Origin: an uncultured Verrucomicrobiae bacterium
Lineage (GTDB): Bacteria; Verrucomicrobiota; Verrucomicrobiia; Limisphaerales; JAFGQR01
Direction of reading: 5' to 3'
Assembly (NCBI GenBank): GCA_963788655.1
Contig: CAWBHS010000115.1
Span: 1-38,597, forward strand
DNA: 38,597 nt
Shown in pieces: positions 1-8,421 of the stretch. The stretch's first letter is position 1. Each line of letters opens with the position of its first letter. The position numbers and the translations under genes are program-made. The notes under the pieces are model-generated. The model was given only the letters and a program-made list of their open reading frames with translations, had not been told where the DNA came from and did no database searches.

Positions 1-8
1 CCGAAGAC

Positions 9-965
9 ATGCTCGAGCAGACGCCGCATTTTGTTCCCTGGGACGGCGGCGCTGGACTGAATCAGATGGGCGGCGAGTGGCAGGTGGTAATCCAGTCGGC
101 GGACCCCGGCGACCGTGGCGGCACGACCTGCTGGATGGGCCAGAACTACGGCAACCTTCCCTGGCTCCACGACAGCGAACTGAGTTATAGCAATGCCGCC
201 TGGGTGGCCGAATACAATCGCGTGAACTTCGATCCCGACACCGGCCACCGCTTCCACGCCGGCGACCTGGTGCAAGTGACCGCGCGCGGCTCGGCCTTCT
301 ATGGCGGCAAGGTAAACATCAACGAAACTCACGACATCGATCCGGCCTTCAATTTTGATCTTACGTTGCTGACCGCCAATTATGGATTGCCGGCTCCGGA
401 AACCATTACCCTCGCCGACGTGGTCCGTCCCGACGACGGCAATCCGGCGACCCACGAAGACATTTTTGATCCAACCCGCGCCACCGGCGGCGAACACTGG
501 CAAGGGATGCGAGTGCGGCTCAATGCTCTGATGCTGGTGGACAGCAATGGATGGAATCCGGCCAGTTTATGGGACGACCGGAAATGCACGGTCACGGACG
601 GTGCCGGCCGCTATTTCACCTTACGACTGCCGCGTTACGATCTGGGACCGCCGCCCACAAACCGCTTCGATGCCATCGGCATTTTTAGCCAAGAATCCGG
701 TTCCAGCGAGGACGGCACGTTCGGCTACGAGTTGTTTGTTCAGGAGGTCGTGTATGAAGTCGCGCCGTCCGTGACCATTGCCCAACGGGTGGCCATCACC
801 TGGCCACTGTATGGCGGCGATTATCAACTTGAAGCCACCGACGACGTGGAAGCGGGCAATTGGACCGCCGTCACCAACGCGCCGGTAATCATCGATGGCC
901 GACGAGCGGTATTGGTGGCGCCGGCCGACGCGACACAATTCTATCGCTTGCAGAAAATCAATTAA
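9..965 (+). CDS. Secreted/surface protein, 5'-partial (frame open to window edge), with Verrucomicrobia-type C-terminal beta domain ending FYRLQK
   Basis: 318+ aa ORF, Asp/Gly/Trp-rich. C-terminal segment ITWP..YQLEATDDV...W..V.....QFYRL is typical of verrucomicrobial exported proteins. No stop upstream of ATG 9, so the true start is probably outside the window. Confidence 0.7.
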   Translation: MLEQTPHFVPWDGGAGLNQMGGEWQVVIQSADPGDRGGTTCWMGQNYGNLPWLHDSELSYSNAAWVAEYNRVNFDPDTGHRFHAGDLVQVTARGSAFYGGKVNINETHDIDPAFNFDLTLLTANYGLPAPETITLADVVRPDDGNPATHEDIFDPTRATGGEHWQGMRVRLNALMLVDSNGWNPASLWDDRKCTVTDGAGRYFTLRLPRYDLGPPPTNRFDAIGIFSQESGSSEDGTFGYELFVQEVVYEVAPSVTIAQRVAITWPLYGGDYQLEATDDVEAGNWTAVTNAPVIIDGRRAVLVAPADATQFYRLQKIN

Positions 966-996
966 CCTTTAGAAGCTTGGGCACCCAACCCTTGCG

Positions 997-1653
997 ATGA
1001 GACAGACGCGCGCGCCATCTAAAAGTCAGCGGGGATTCACACTGGTGGAACTGCTGGTGGTCATCGCCATCATTGGCGTGTTGGCAGCGATGTTGTTGCC
1101 CGCCCTGGCCGGTGCCAAAGAAAAGGCCAAAGTCGCCAAGGTCCACGCGGAACTCTACGGCGTGGGATTGGCGCTTGAAATGTATTCGCAGGATGCGGAC
1201 GGCAAGCTGCCGCCGGTGCGGGTGAATTGCAATTCGGACATGGCCATGCACTGGTGCCAATTCCCGGTCGAACTCGCCGAGCAAGGTTATCTGCCGCGCG
1301 GCCACGATGCCGGCATGGCGGCCAACATGGAGGACGTGTTCAATCGCGGCCATACCTACAAATACGCGGCACCCGGCCCCAGCCTGCTGAACGGCAGTCC
1401 GGCCGGCAATTACCGGCTCTGGGTGCCGGAGGATTTTCCGGAGTGCGCCAGTGACAATGGCCGGTACTACTCGACACCGGGTGACGCGCCGATTCGGTGG
1501 GTCCTCTGGAGCCTCGGCCCCAAACCCAACAGTTCCAAAAGTCAGGACTCGCACGCGCCGATGGCCGGGCGCAGTTGGTATCGTGGCACCCGCGACGGCG
1601 GCGTGATCGTGCGCTTCGCCACGCGCGAAGGAATGCCGGTGAAAAGCCCGTGA
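997..1653 (+). CDS. Prepilin-type N-terminal cleavage/methylation domain protein (pseudopilin/DUF1559-like)
   Basis: [33 protein letters not shown]: class III signal peptide with Glu5. C-terminal LWSLGP motif resembles GspG-like C-termini. Confidence 0.9.
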   Translation: MRQTRAPSKSQRGFTLVELLVVIAIIGVLAAMLLPALAGAKEKAKVAKVHAELYGVGLALEMYSQDADGKLPPVRVNCNSDMAMHWCQFPVELAEQGYLPRGHDAGMAANMEDVFNRGHTYKYAAPGPSLLNGSPAGNYRLWVPEDFPECASDNGRYYSTPGDAPIRWVLWSLGPKPNSSKSQDSHAPMAGRSWYRGTRDGGVIVRFATREGMPVKSP

Positions 1654-1742
1654 ACTTGAAGCCAAGCCCAATATCCCAACCCCCGAGGCGCTGGGGCTGT
1701 TGCCGTGGCAGTCTGGCAACCCGTTTAAGAACCATTCCTGAA

Positions 1743-1819
1743 GCAGCAGCCGAGGTAATGAGGTTCATTCTTTCCGCGAAACATGCGCGATGTCAGAGCC
1801 TCCTCACGTCGGCTGCTAC
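1743..1819. repeat. REP-like inverted pair (family GTAGCMGCCGACGTRAGGAGGC)
   Basis: Right arm agcctcctcacgtcggctgctac (1797-1819) with degenerate left arm gcagcagccgaggtaatgagg (1743-). The same family recurs at 9046-9117 and 14110-14133. Confidence 0.65.
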
Positions 1820-1829
1820 ATTGTTTAGC

Positions 1830-2190
1830 GTGCTGCCGGCGTCCCGCCGGCAGAAACGAATGGAGGACCAAGTTCCGAAAGGGGAATGCCCGTTGGCGTA
1901 CCGAAGCGTCCGTTCCAAACTGCCGGCAAGATGCCGGCAGCACGCTGGATAACGTGCTGCCGGCGTCCCGCCGGCAGAAACGAACGGAGGACCAAGTTTC
2001 GAAAGGGAAATGCCCGTTGGCCTGCGAAACGCCCGTTCCAAACTGCCGGCAAGATGCCGGCAGCACGCTGGATAATGTGCTGCCGGCGTCCCGCCGGCAG
2101 AAACGAATGGAGGACCAAGTTCCGAAAGGGAAATACCCGTTGGCCTGCGAAACGCCCGTTTCAAACTGCCGGCAGGATGCCGGCAGCACG
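1830..2190. repeat. Tandem array of three REPIN-like units (period 124/123 bp)
   Basis: Units start at 1830, 1954 and 2077. Each is bounded by ~24-bp inverted arms GTGCTGCCGGCGTCCCGCCGGCAG ... CTGCCGGCARGATGCCGGCAGCAC with a near-identical internal segment. Confidence 0.92.
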
Positions 2191-3036
2191 TTGCTATTGG
2201 GCCACCTGCATATTGACTTCCGATTGATCACGCTAATTCTGTTGCTCGGTCTGGCGGGCTGCCAACGCGCATCGACCGGTTACATGTCGCCCAAACGGTT
2301 TGCGGCGACGAATACTTACTTGGAAAGCGCGGCTCGCGATTTGTTGGGGCCTGACTGCTCCATTCTCCGTTTAGCCGAACCGGGGATGTGTCCCGGCCAT
2401 TTCGATGTGCGCCCCAGCCAAATTACCGAACTGCAAAGTTGCCGGATATTGTTGCGGTTCAATTTCCAGAATTCCATCGACACGAAAGTGCGGCGCGACG
2501 GCGACTCCGGTCTGGCCATCGTGGAGGTCACGCCCGTGGGGGGCTTGTGCCAGCCAGATACTTACCTGGCCGCGTGCCGGCAACTGGCCGCGGCTTTTGT
2601 GGCGCACAACTGTCTGACGCGCGAACAGGCCGAAGCGCGGATGCGAGAGATTGCCAAACGCATGGAAGGGCTGGAGCAATGGGGTCGGGCACAAATCAAA
2701 GTAACCGGCTGGAAGAATCGCCCCGTATTGACCAGCGCCCGGCAAAAGGATTTCTGCACCTGGCTTGGGCTGGAAGTAGTGGGTGAATTCCGCGCTGCCG
2801 ACGTTGCCAGCGTGGGAGAAATTGATCAGGCGGTGCGTGCGGGGGAACAAGCCCGAGGCGCGCTGGTTATTGCCAACCTGCCGGAAGGCCGACGCACCGC
2901 CGACGCGCTGGCCGAACGCCTGAATGCCCGGGTGGTGGTCTTCGGCAACTTCCCGGCGTTGATCGACGGCACGGTTGCTTTCGGCCAACTGTTTCGCTCG
3001 AATGTGCGGGCGCTGGTAAAAGCCGCCGGCTCATGA
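2191..3036 (+). CDS. Metal ABC transporter substrate-binding lipoprotein (ZnuA/cluster A-I-like); start uncertain
   Basis: Lipobox LITLILLLGLAG|C. GMCPGHFDVRPSQ aligns with the DPHxYEP region of ZnuA-type proteins. Overlaps the ATPase gene (ATGA). The called ORF from 1783 is translated repeat DNA up to ~2190; TTG 2191 is in frame. Confidence 0.8.
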   Translation: MLLGHLHIDFRLITLILLLGLAGCQRASTGYMSPKRFAATNTYLESAARDLLGPDCSILRLAEPGMCPGHFDVRPSQITELQSCRILLRFNFQNSIDTKVRRDGDSGLAIVEVTPVGGLCQPDTYLAACRQLAAAFVAHNCLTREQAEARMREIAKRMEGLEQWGRAQIKVTGWKNRPVLTSARQKDFCTWLGLEVVGEFRAADVASVGEIDQAVRAGEQARGALVIANLPEGRRTADALAERLNARVVVFGNFPALIDGTVAFGQLFRSNVRALVKAAGS

Positions 3037-3872
3037 CCTCAGCCGCCATCGCCATCCAGGATCTGGTCGTCCGTGCGGGGCGACAACCGATCTTATCCGT
3101 TCCCAACCTGACGTTGGCGCCGGAAGAGCTGTTGGCCGTGATGGGCCCGAATGGCGCGGGCAAGACCACGCTGTTGCGGTCGTGCCTCGGGCTGCAACGC
3201 CCAGCCTCCGGGACCATCACCCTGCTGGGTCACCCGTTGGATACGTTGGGCAGCCTGGCGCTGACCCGCTTGCGGCGCGCCATTGGTTACGTGCCGCAGC
3301 TCCTGCCGGCTCGTAGTGAAATGCCGTTGACCGTGCGCGAAGTCGTGGCCATTGGACGAACCGGCTTGGCGGGATTGTTTCGTCCACTGCGCCGGGAGGA
3401 TTGGCGTCTGGTGGATGAATGGATGGCACGGTTGGGTATGTCGGCCCTGGCCGGACGCGCGTTCCGGGAAATCTCCGGCGGCGAGCAGCGCAAAACAATG
3501 ATCGCCCGCGCGATGGTGCAACAACCGCGCTTGCTGCTGCTCGATGAGCCCACCGCCAACCTCGATCTCGGCTGGCGCGAGCGCATGGTGGAAACCATCC
3601 AGGCGCTCTACGAGCAAACGCGCGTAGCAGTCTTGCTGGTCTGTCATGAACTCGAAGTGCTGCCCCCGGGCTGCCGGCGTGCGGTCTTGCTGGAGGCTGG
3701 TCGAATCATCGCGGAGGGAGTTCCGGAACAGGTGTTCACGACTGAGCGCGTCGCCTCGCTGTACGGCGCCGGATTAAGTGTGATCCATCAAAACAACCGT
3801 CATGCCGTGGTGCCGGCTTCCGCACGGCCGAGAGCTTTAACCAATGAACGACCAATTGCTGGCTATGATTGA
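3033..3872 (+). CDS. Metal ABC transporter ATP-binding protein (ZnuC/MntA-like)
   Basis: Walker A GPNGAGKTT, Q-loop IGYVPQ, signature ISGGEQRK, Walker B LLLLDEP, H-loop VCHE. Confidence 0.93.
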   Translation: MTSAAIAIQDLVVRAGRQPILSVPNLTLAPEELLAVMGPNGAGKTTLLRSCLGLQRPASGTITLLGHPLDTLGSLALTRLRRAIGYVPQLLPARSEMPLTVREVVAIGRTGLAGLFRPLRREDWRLVDEWMARLGMSALAGRAFREISGGEQRKTMIARAMVQQPRLLLLDEPTANLDLGWRERMVETIQALYEQTRVAVLLVCHELEVLPPGCRRAVLLEAGRIIAEGVPEQVFTTERVASLYGAGLSVIHQNNRHAVVPASARPRALTNERPIAGYD

Positions 3873-4713
3873 CTTGGTTTTCTGGGCGCCGGTGATGGTT
3901 GGCGGGGTAATCGCGGGAGCTTCGAGCGGCTTGCTGGGCGTGTTCATCGTCGGCATGCGCCTTCCATTTCTTGGCGTCTGCGTTGCTCACGCCGCGCTGG
4001 CGGGAGCGGTATTTGGCGGACTTTGTGGACTTCACGGCCAAGCACTGTTGCTGCCGGCGTTGGCGGGCGCAGTGTTGACCGCGTTGGCGCTCGGCCTGCT
4101 CAATCCCCAACGGGCGCACCTCGATGACAACGTGGTGTTGGGGTTCCTGTTTTCCACGACGATGGGCCTGGCCTTCCTGGGCATCGGCTTGTACGGCATG
4201 CTTGGGCGCAGCGACAACGACGTGCGTAGCCTGTTGTGGGGCAGTTTGAATTATTGTCGCTGGCGTGACGTGGCATTGATGGCGGTTGTCTCCGGCGCTT
4301 CGTTGGGGTTCGTAATCACTTGCTTCAAAGAAATGCGCGCCCTGATGTTTTCACGCGCCGATGCGGCGGCGGCGGGCATTCACGCCACCTTGGTCTGGAC
4401 AGCCTTCCTCGTGCTTACGGCCGCTGTGCTCACCGTGAATTTTCAAACCGTCGGGGGTCTGATGATTTACAGTCTGGTCACCAATCCTGCCGCCGCTGCC
4501 TTCCAACTCGCGAAAGGCTGTAGTCGGGCTTTGGCGCTGGCGGTCGGCTTGGGCGCTATCAGCGGGTTGGGCGGATTTCTCATTGCCGCCGTCACGGACC
4601 TGCCCAGCGGCGCGGTGATTGTGCTCTTTTCCTCCGCCTTGGTGGTCGCCGCCGCTGTGATCGCACGGTTTCGATGGGTTGACAATGGTTCACGCCAGCC
4701 AGCTAGAGAATGA
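3865..4713 (+). CDS. Metal ABC transporter permease (ABC-3, ZnuB/MntB-like); alternative start 3844
   Basis: Highly hydrophobic. Motifs GLLGVFIV, AHAALAG, LLWGS, FKEMRALMF, DLPSGAVIV are characteristic of the ABC-3 family. Confidence 0.92.
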   Translation: MIDLVFWAPVMVGGVIAGASSGLLGVFIVGMRLPFLGVCVAHAALAGAVFGGLCGLHGQALLLPALAGAVLTALALGLLNPQRAHLDDNVVLGFLFSTTMGLAFLGIGLYGMLGRSDNDVRSLLWGSLNYCRWRDVALMAVVSGASLGFVITCFKEMRALMFSRADAAAAGIHATLVWTAFLVLTAAVLTVNFQTVGGLMIYSLVTNPAAAAFQLAKGCSRALALAVGLGAISGLGGFLIAAVTDLPSGAVIVLFSSALVVAAAVIARFRWVDNGSRQPARE

Positions 4714-4765
4714 CCAAGGTCCAATGCTCAAGAACCAGAGAATCAGGAACCAATGCCCAAGTGAC
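4709..4765 (+). repeat. Degenerate ~7-bp-period short repeat (AATGNCC/AAGAACC-like) in convergent intergenic region
   Basis: aatgacc aaggtcc aatgctc aagaacc ... aggaacc aatgccc aagtgac. Confidence 0.55.
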
Positions 4766-4821
4766 GGGAGGGCGAAGATTCGGCAAACGCGGGCGCAGCG
4801 GGGGCGATCCGGGATCGAGGG

Positions 4822-5292
4822 TCAGCCTTTGAGAAAGCTATTCAGCATCCAGACGGTTTTTTGGTGCAGCGTGACACGTCCGATCATCAAATCCTGGCTC
4901 TCCGGATCGTTCGCTTCGCCGGCCAAATCGCGGGCGGCCGCGGCGTCGGCCAGCAATTTCTCATTCGCGGTGATAAGCGCGCGAACGTAGTTCTCCTGCG
5001 ACAACGGTGCGGCAAACTCTTTCATCTTGGCGCTCTGGGCAAATTTGCCCAGGCCCCCAATGGCGTAGGCGCCCAAGGCCCGAACGCGCTCGGCGATCTC
5101 ATCGATGGCCGTGAACAATTCCTCGTATTGGGTCTGAAACGCGGTGTGCAGGGCGAAGAAGCCCGCTCCTTCCACGTTCCAATGGGCCAGGTGGGTGAGC
5201 GACATCAGGGCGTAGGAATCGGCGAGCACCTGGTTCAGACTGTCGGCCAGGCGCGCGTTGGTTTTAGTGGCTTTGCTTTTTGCAGTTTTCAT
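4822..5292 (-). CDS. dps: DNA starvation/stationary phase protection protein Dps (mini-ferritin)
   Basis: 156 aa. HWNVEG..FFALH..F..QYEEL...IDEIAER ferroxidase signature; C-terminal KTVWML. Confidence 0.95.
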   Translation of the reverse strand: MKTAKSKATKTNARLADSLNQVLADSYALMSLTHLAHWNVEGAGFFALHTAFQTQYEELFTAIDEIAERVRALGAYAIGGLGKFAQSAKMKEFAAPLSQENYVRALITANEKLLADAAAARDLAGEANDPESQDLMIGRVTLHQKTVWMLNSFLKG

Positions 5293-5344
5293 AAAGTGTG
5301 TTTTATCCGGTCGGGCGAATGATTAACCAAGCGATCGCTGCCCG

Positions 5345-5614
5345 TCAATGCGGCGGTTGCTCGGCACTGTTCTTGAGCGGATACAATCCCGGACAGCACC
5401 CGAACACCTCCCGGAAGGCGACCGTAAAATGGCTCAGGCTGTTGTAGCCCACTTCCAGCGCCGCTTCGGTGACATTGTGGATGCCCGCGCGCAGCAATTC
5501 GGCCGCGCGTTCCAGGCGCGCCTGGCGAAGGAATTGTTGAATGGTCAATCCCGTGGCCTCAGTGAATTGGCGGCTCCGTGCGGTCAGCGAACAGAGAATT
5601 CCCCCACGCAGCAC
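5345..5614 (-). pseudogene. AraC-family regulator remnant (C-terminal HTH only)
   Basis: SRQFTEATGLTIQQFLRQARLERAAELL....NVTEAALEVGYNSLSHFTVAFREVFGCCP is an AraC HTH C-terminus. The first HTH and sensor domain are absent and similarity stops near 5575. Confidence 0.75.
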
Positions 5615-5717
5615 TTCCGCGGGGAGTTGGAATGATTTCGACGCGAGCCGTCGCCAGATGCTTTCCCCGCAGCTTCAGCGGAAACGGGCGCAAGCACCCG
5701 GTCAACGGGCAATGGCG

Positions 5718-6146
5718 TTATTTCATTCGTGCCGGAACGACGAGCACAGGAATCGAGGCTTCGTGCCGCACGGCGTGGATGGTGCTGCCGTGGATGAGGT
5801 CACCAATCAACCGGTGCCCGTGACTGCCCATCGCGATTAAACCGCACTGGCTGGACTCCGCCGCTCTCAGAATCTCCTGCGGCGGATTGCCCAGCGCCAG
5901 CAGTGTTTTGACGGTCAATCCGGCTGGACGCATGCGTTCCGCTTCATGCTCCAAATAGGCACGGTCGGCTTTCATTTCCTCGGATTCAGCGAGCTTGAGC
6001 TGCTCAAAATTTCGGGCGGCAAAACCTTCGGCGACATGCACCAGCAGCAGTTCCGAGCCGAGCCGCGACGCCAGTTCCTTCACGTGCGGAAGGAGCGCTT
6101 CATCCGCTGGACCGTTTTCCAAAGCAACCAGAATTCTTCGATACAT
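5718..6146 (-). CDS. Universal stress protein (UspA family)
   Basis: MYRRILVAL...LLLVHV...GNPPQEIL...LIAMGSHGH...IHGSTIHAVRHEASIPVLVV. Start at ATG 6146, 13 nt after mntH stop. Confidence 0.93.
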   Translation of the reverse strand: MYRRILVALENGPADEALLPHVKELASRLGSELLLVHVAEGFAARNFEQLKLAESEEMKADRAYLEHEAERMRPAGLTVKTLLALGNPPQEILRAAESSQCGLIAMGSHGHRLIGDLIHGSTIHAVRHEASIPVLVVPARMK

Positions 6147-6159
6147 AAAACCTCTTCGG

Positions 6160-7572
6160 CTACGGCGTTGGCGAGGGCAGGCCGAAATGCCCGTAGAACG
6201 CTTGCAGCAACGTGGCGGGCACAAACGTGTCGAACAACAGTTTCAAGTTGAGAATGATGATGATCATCGCTGTCGTCCAGCCAAGGATTTTGATCCAGAG
6301 CGGATTGACGAATTCGCCCATCTTGGCCTTCTCGCCGGTGAATCGCATCAGCGGCCAAACGGCGAAGCCCAGTTGCATGGACAGCACCACCTGGCTGGCG
6401 ATGAGCAGTTCCGTCGTTTTGCCTTCACCAAAATAGCCGATCACGCAGACGGCGGGGACAATCGCCAGCGCGCGGGTGATGAGCCGGCGGAGCCACGGCC
6501 GCAACCGGATGTTAATGAAACCTTCCATGATGATCTGCCCGGCCAGCGTGCCCGTCAGCGTCGAGTTTTGTCCCGAAGCCAGCAGCGCGATGATGAAGAC
6601 CGCGCTGGCCCCCGACACGCCCAGCAGCGGAGTCAGCAACTGGTAGGCGTCTTGAATCTCCGCCACTTCCTGGTGGCCCGACCAGTGGAACGCCGCCGCC
6701 GCAAGAATCAGAATCGCCCCATTGATGAACAGGGCGAACATGAGCGCCACACTCGAATCAATCGTGCCGAACTTGATGGCTTCGCGCCTGCCCGCCGGCG
6801 TCCGTTCGTATTGGCGCGTCTGGACGATGGATGAGTGCAGATACAAGTTGTGCGGCATGACCGTCGCGCCGATGATGCCGATGCCCACATAAAGCATGTT
6901 TTGGTTCTTCAGGATTTCGGCGCTGGGGACAAATCCCGAGAGGATTCCCACAATGCCCGGTTTCGACCACAGAATCTCGGCGGCAAAACAAATGCCGATG
7001 GTGGCGATGAGCGTAACCACGACGGCTTCAATGTAACGAAATCCCTTGCTTTGCAGATAAAGCACGGCGAGCACGTCCGCCGCTGTGATGACGCAGCCGT
7101 AAACCAGCGGGATGCCAAATAGCAGTTGCAGCGCGATGGCCGAGCCAACGACCTCCGCCAGGTCACAAGCGGCGATCTGGATTTCGCACAGAATCCAAAG
7201 AAACCAGACGGTCGGCGTCGAGTAGTGGTCGCGGCAAGCCTGCGCGAGGTCGCGTCCCGTGGCCACGCCGAGCTTCACGCACAAGTGTTGAAGCAAAATC
7301 GCCATCAGGTTGGAAATCATGATGACGCTCAACAGCGTGTAGCCGAATTGCGCGCCACCGGCCAGGTCGGTCGCCCAATTGCCGGGATCCATGTAGCCGA
7401 CGGCCACCATGAAACCCGGGCCGGCGAACGCGAGCATCTTGCGCCAAAACGAGGCGTTTGGCGGCACCACAATGCTGCGATGAACTTCCGGCAGGGAGGC
7501 CTCGCCCGCCGCTTTGCGCCAGGCAAATTTGTGCCCGGATTCCGTTTCGGAGCGCGACTCAGTTTGATTCAT
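6160..7572 (-). CDS. mntH: Nramp-family divalent metal (Mn2+/H+) symporter
   Basis: YMDPGNW (TM1), GATVMPHNLYLHS (TM6) and SGQNSTLTGTLAGQ motifs; 470 aa polytopic. Confidence 0.96.
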   Translation of the reverse strand: MNQTESRSETESGHKFAWRKAAGEASLPEVHRSIVVPPNASFWRKMLAFAGPGFMVAVGYMDPGNWATDLAGGAQFGYTLLSVIMISNLMAILLQHLCVKLGVATGRDLAQACRDHYSTPTVWFLWILCEIQIAACDLAEVVGSAIALQLLFGIPLVYGCVITAADVLAVLYLQSKGFRYIEAVVVTLIATIGICFAAEILWSKPGIVGILSGFVPSAEILKNQNMLYVGIGIIGATVMPHNLYLHSSIVQTRQYERTPAGRREAIKFGTIDSSVALMFALFINGAILILAAAAFHWSGHQEVAEIQDAYQLLTPLLGVSGASAVFIIALLASGQNSTLTGTLAGQIIMEGFINIRLRPWLRRLITRALAIVPAVCVIGYFGEGKTTELLIASQVVLSMQLGFAVWPLMRFTGEKAKMGEFVNPLWIKILGWTTAMIIIILNLKLLFDTFVPATLLQAFYGHFGLPSPTP

Positions 7573-7609
7573 AAAGCTCTTCTGCGAATTGTTTCCGGGC
7601 GCTTGCCTT

Positions 7610-8349
7610 TCAAAATCTCACGCTGATTCCGGTGAATGGGTTGAAGTCCGGCGCGGAGGCGGTGACGCCGAAATTGCAACCGCAGTCCAGTTGGCTGTTC
7701 TCGCTCAGCAGATAGCTCCAGCCCACGTCCACCTGTCCCTGCCATTGGAAACCGGGTGCGGTGTCGGCGGTGGCCGCGAACTCAAGATACATGCCGAGCT
7801 TCCGGGTCAGTTCGTGGCCGACGGTGATGGTGTTGACAAATTCCGTGTCATAACCGCCTACTTCGCCGGCCACGAAGCCGAATTCCGTCATCGCTCCCAA
7901 ATCCCAGCCTTCGGCGATGTTCCCCGCCAGCGGGAAGATTACACCGCCCTCGGTCTGGCCGTTGCGCAGGCTGGACGATGGCAGCGGCCATTTCACAAAC
8001 GGCATGATACCGAAAGCCGTCCTGCCGCCGTCGTTCCCCCAGAAATTGAGCTTGAGCCGCGTCTGCACGTCGCCAAAACCAGACGCCTGGTTCAACGTCC
8101 CGCGTCCACCGTGTAAGGCGATTCCGTCTGATCGGGCCGGTCCGTGCTCATCCCGCGCATGAACTCACGCGGCGTGGGCTTGAACAGATTGTAGCTGCCT
8201 TTATCCCGGGCCGTCCCGGAAGCGATCTCTTTTCCCGGTGGGTTCTGGGCCTTGGCGGCAAGGCTGCCCGCTGCCAGAATCCCGAATCCGAGTCGGAGCC
8301 AGGTCGCCAGGTCAGTAGTGCATACTAGATAATGTCTAATGCATTGCAT
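7610..8349 (-). pseudogene. Outer-membrane beta-barrel of the 'transporter'/Phenol_MetA_deg-like family, disrupted near 8095
   Basis: 5' part: signal peptide (GILAAGSLAAKA|Q) and STDRPDQTESPYTVDAG. 3' part in another frame: SGFGDVQTRLKLNFWGNDGG...QLDCG...FTGISVRF with terminal Phe. Frame break at 8092-8100. Confidence 0.75.
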
Positions 8350-8369
8350 AATGTAGCGCACGCTACATT
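8350..8369. promoter_or_regulatory. MntR-type operator palindrome
   Basis: AATGTAGCG-CA-CGCTACATT: perfect 9-bp arms, TAGC-N4-GCTA core as in the E. coli MntR box. Lies between divergent mntR and the barrel-mntH unit. Confidence 0.85.
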
Positions 8370-8421
8370 TTACCGTCTCGACAGTCAACGGTTTCCTGAT
8401 TATTTTTGCGATGTAAAAACC

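Noticed and set aside
1830..2190. Possible CRISPR array
   Set aside because: The segments between palindromic arms are near-identical rather than unique spacers, the period is 123-124 bp and no cas genes are present.
1783..2190. 136-aa repetitive N-terminal domain on the binding protein (and overlapping short ORFs on both strands)
   Set aside because: It is the translation of REPIN DNA and the first unit is read in a different frame from the others; not supported as a protein domain.
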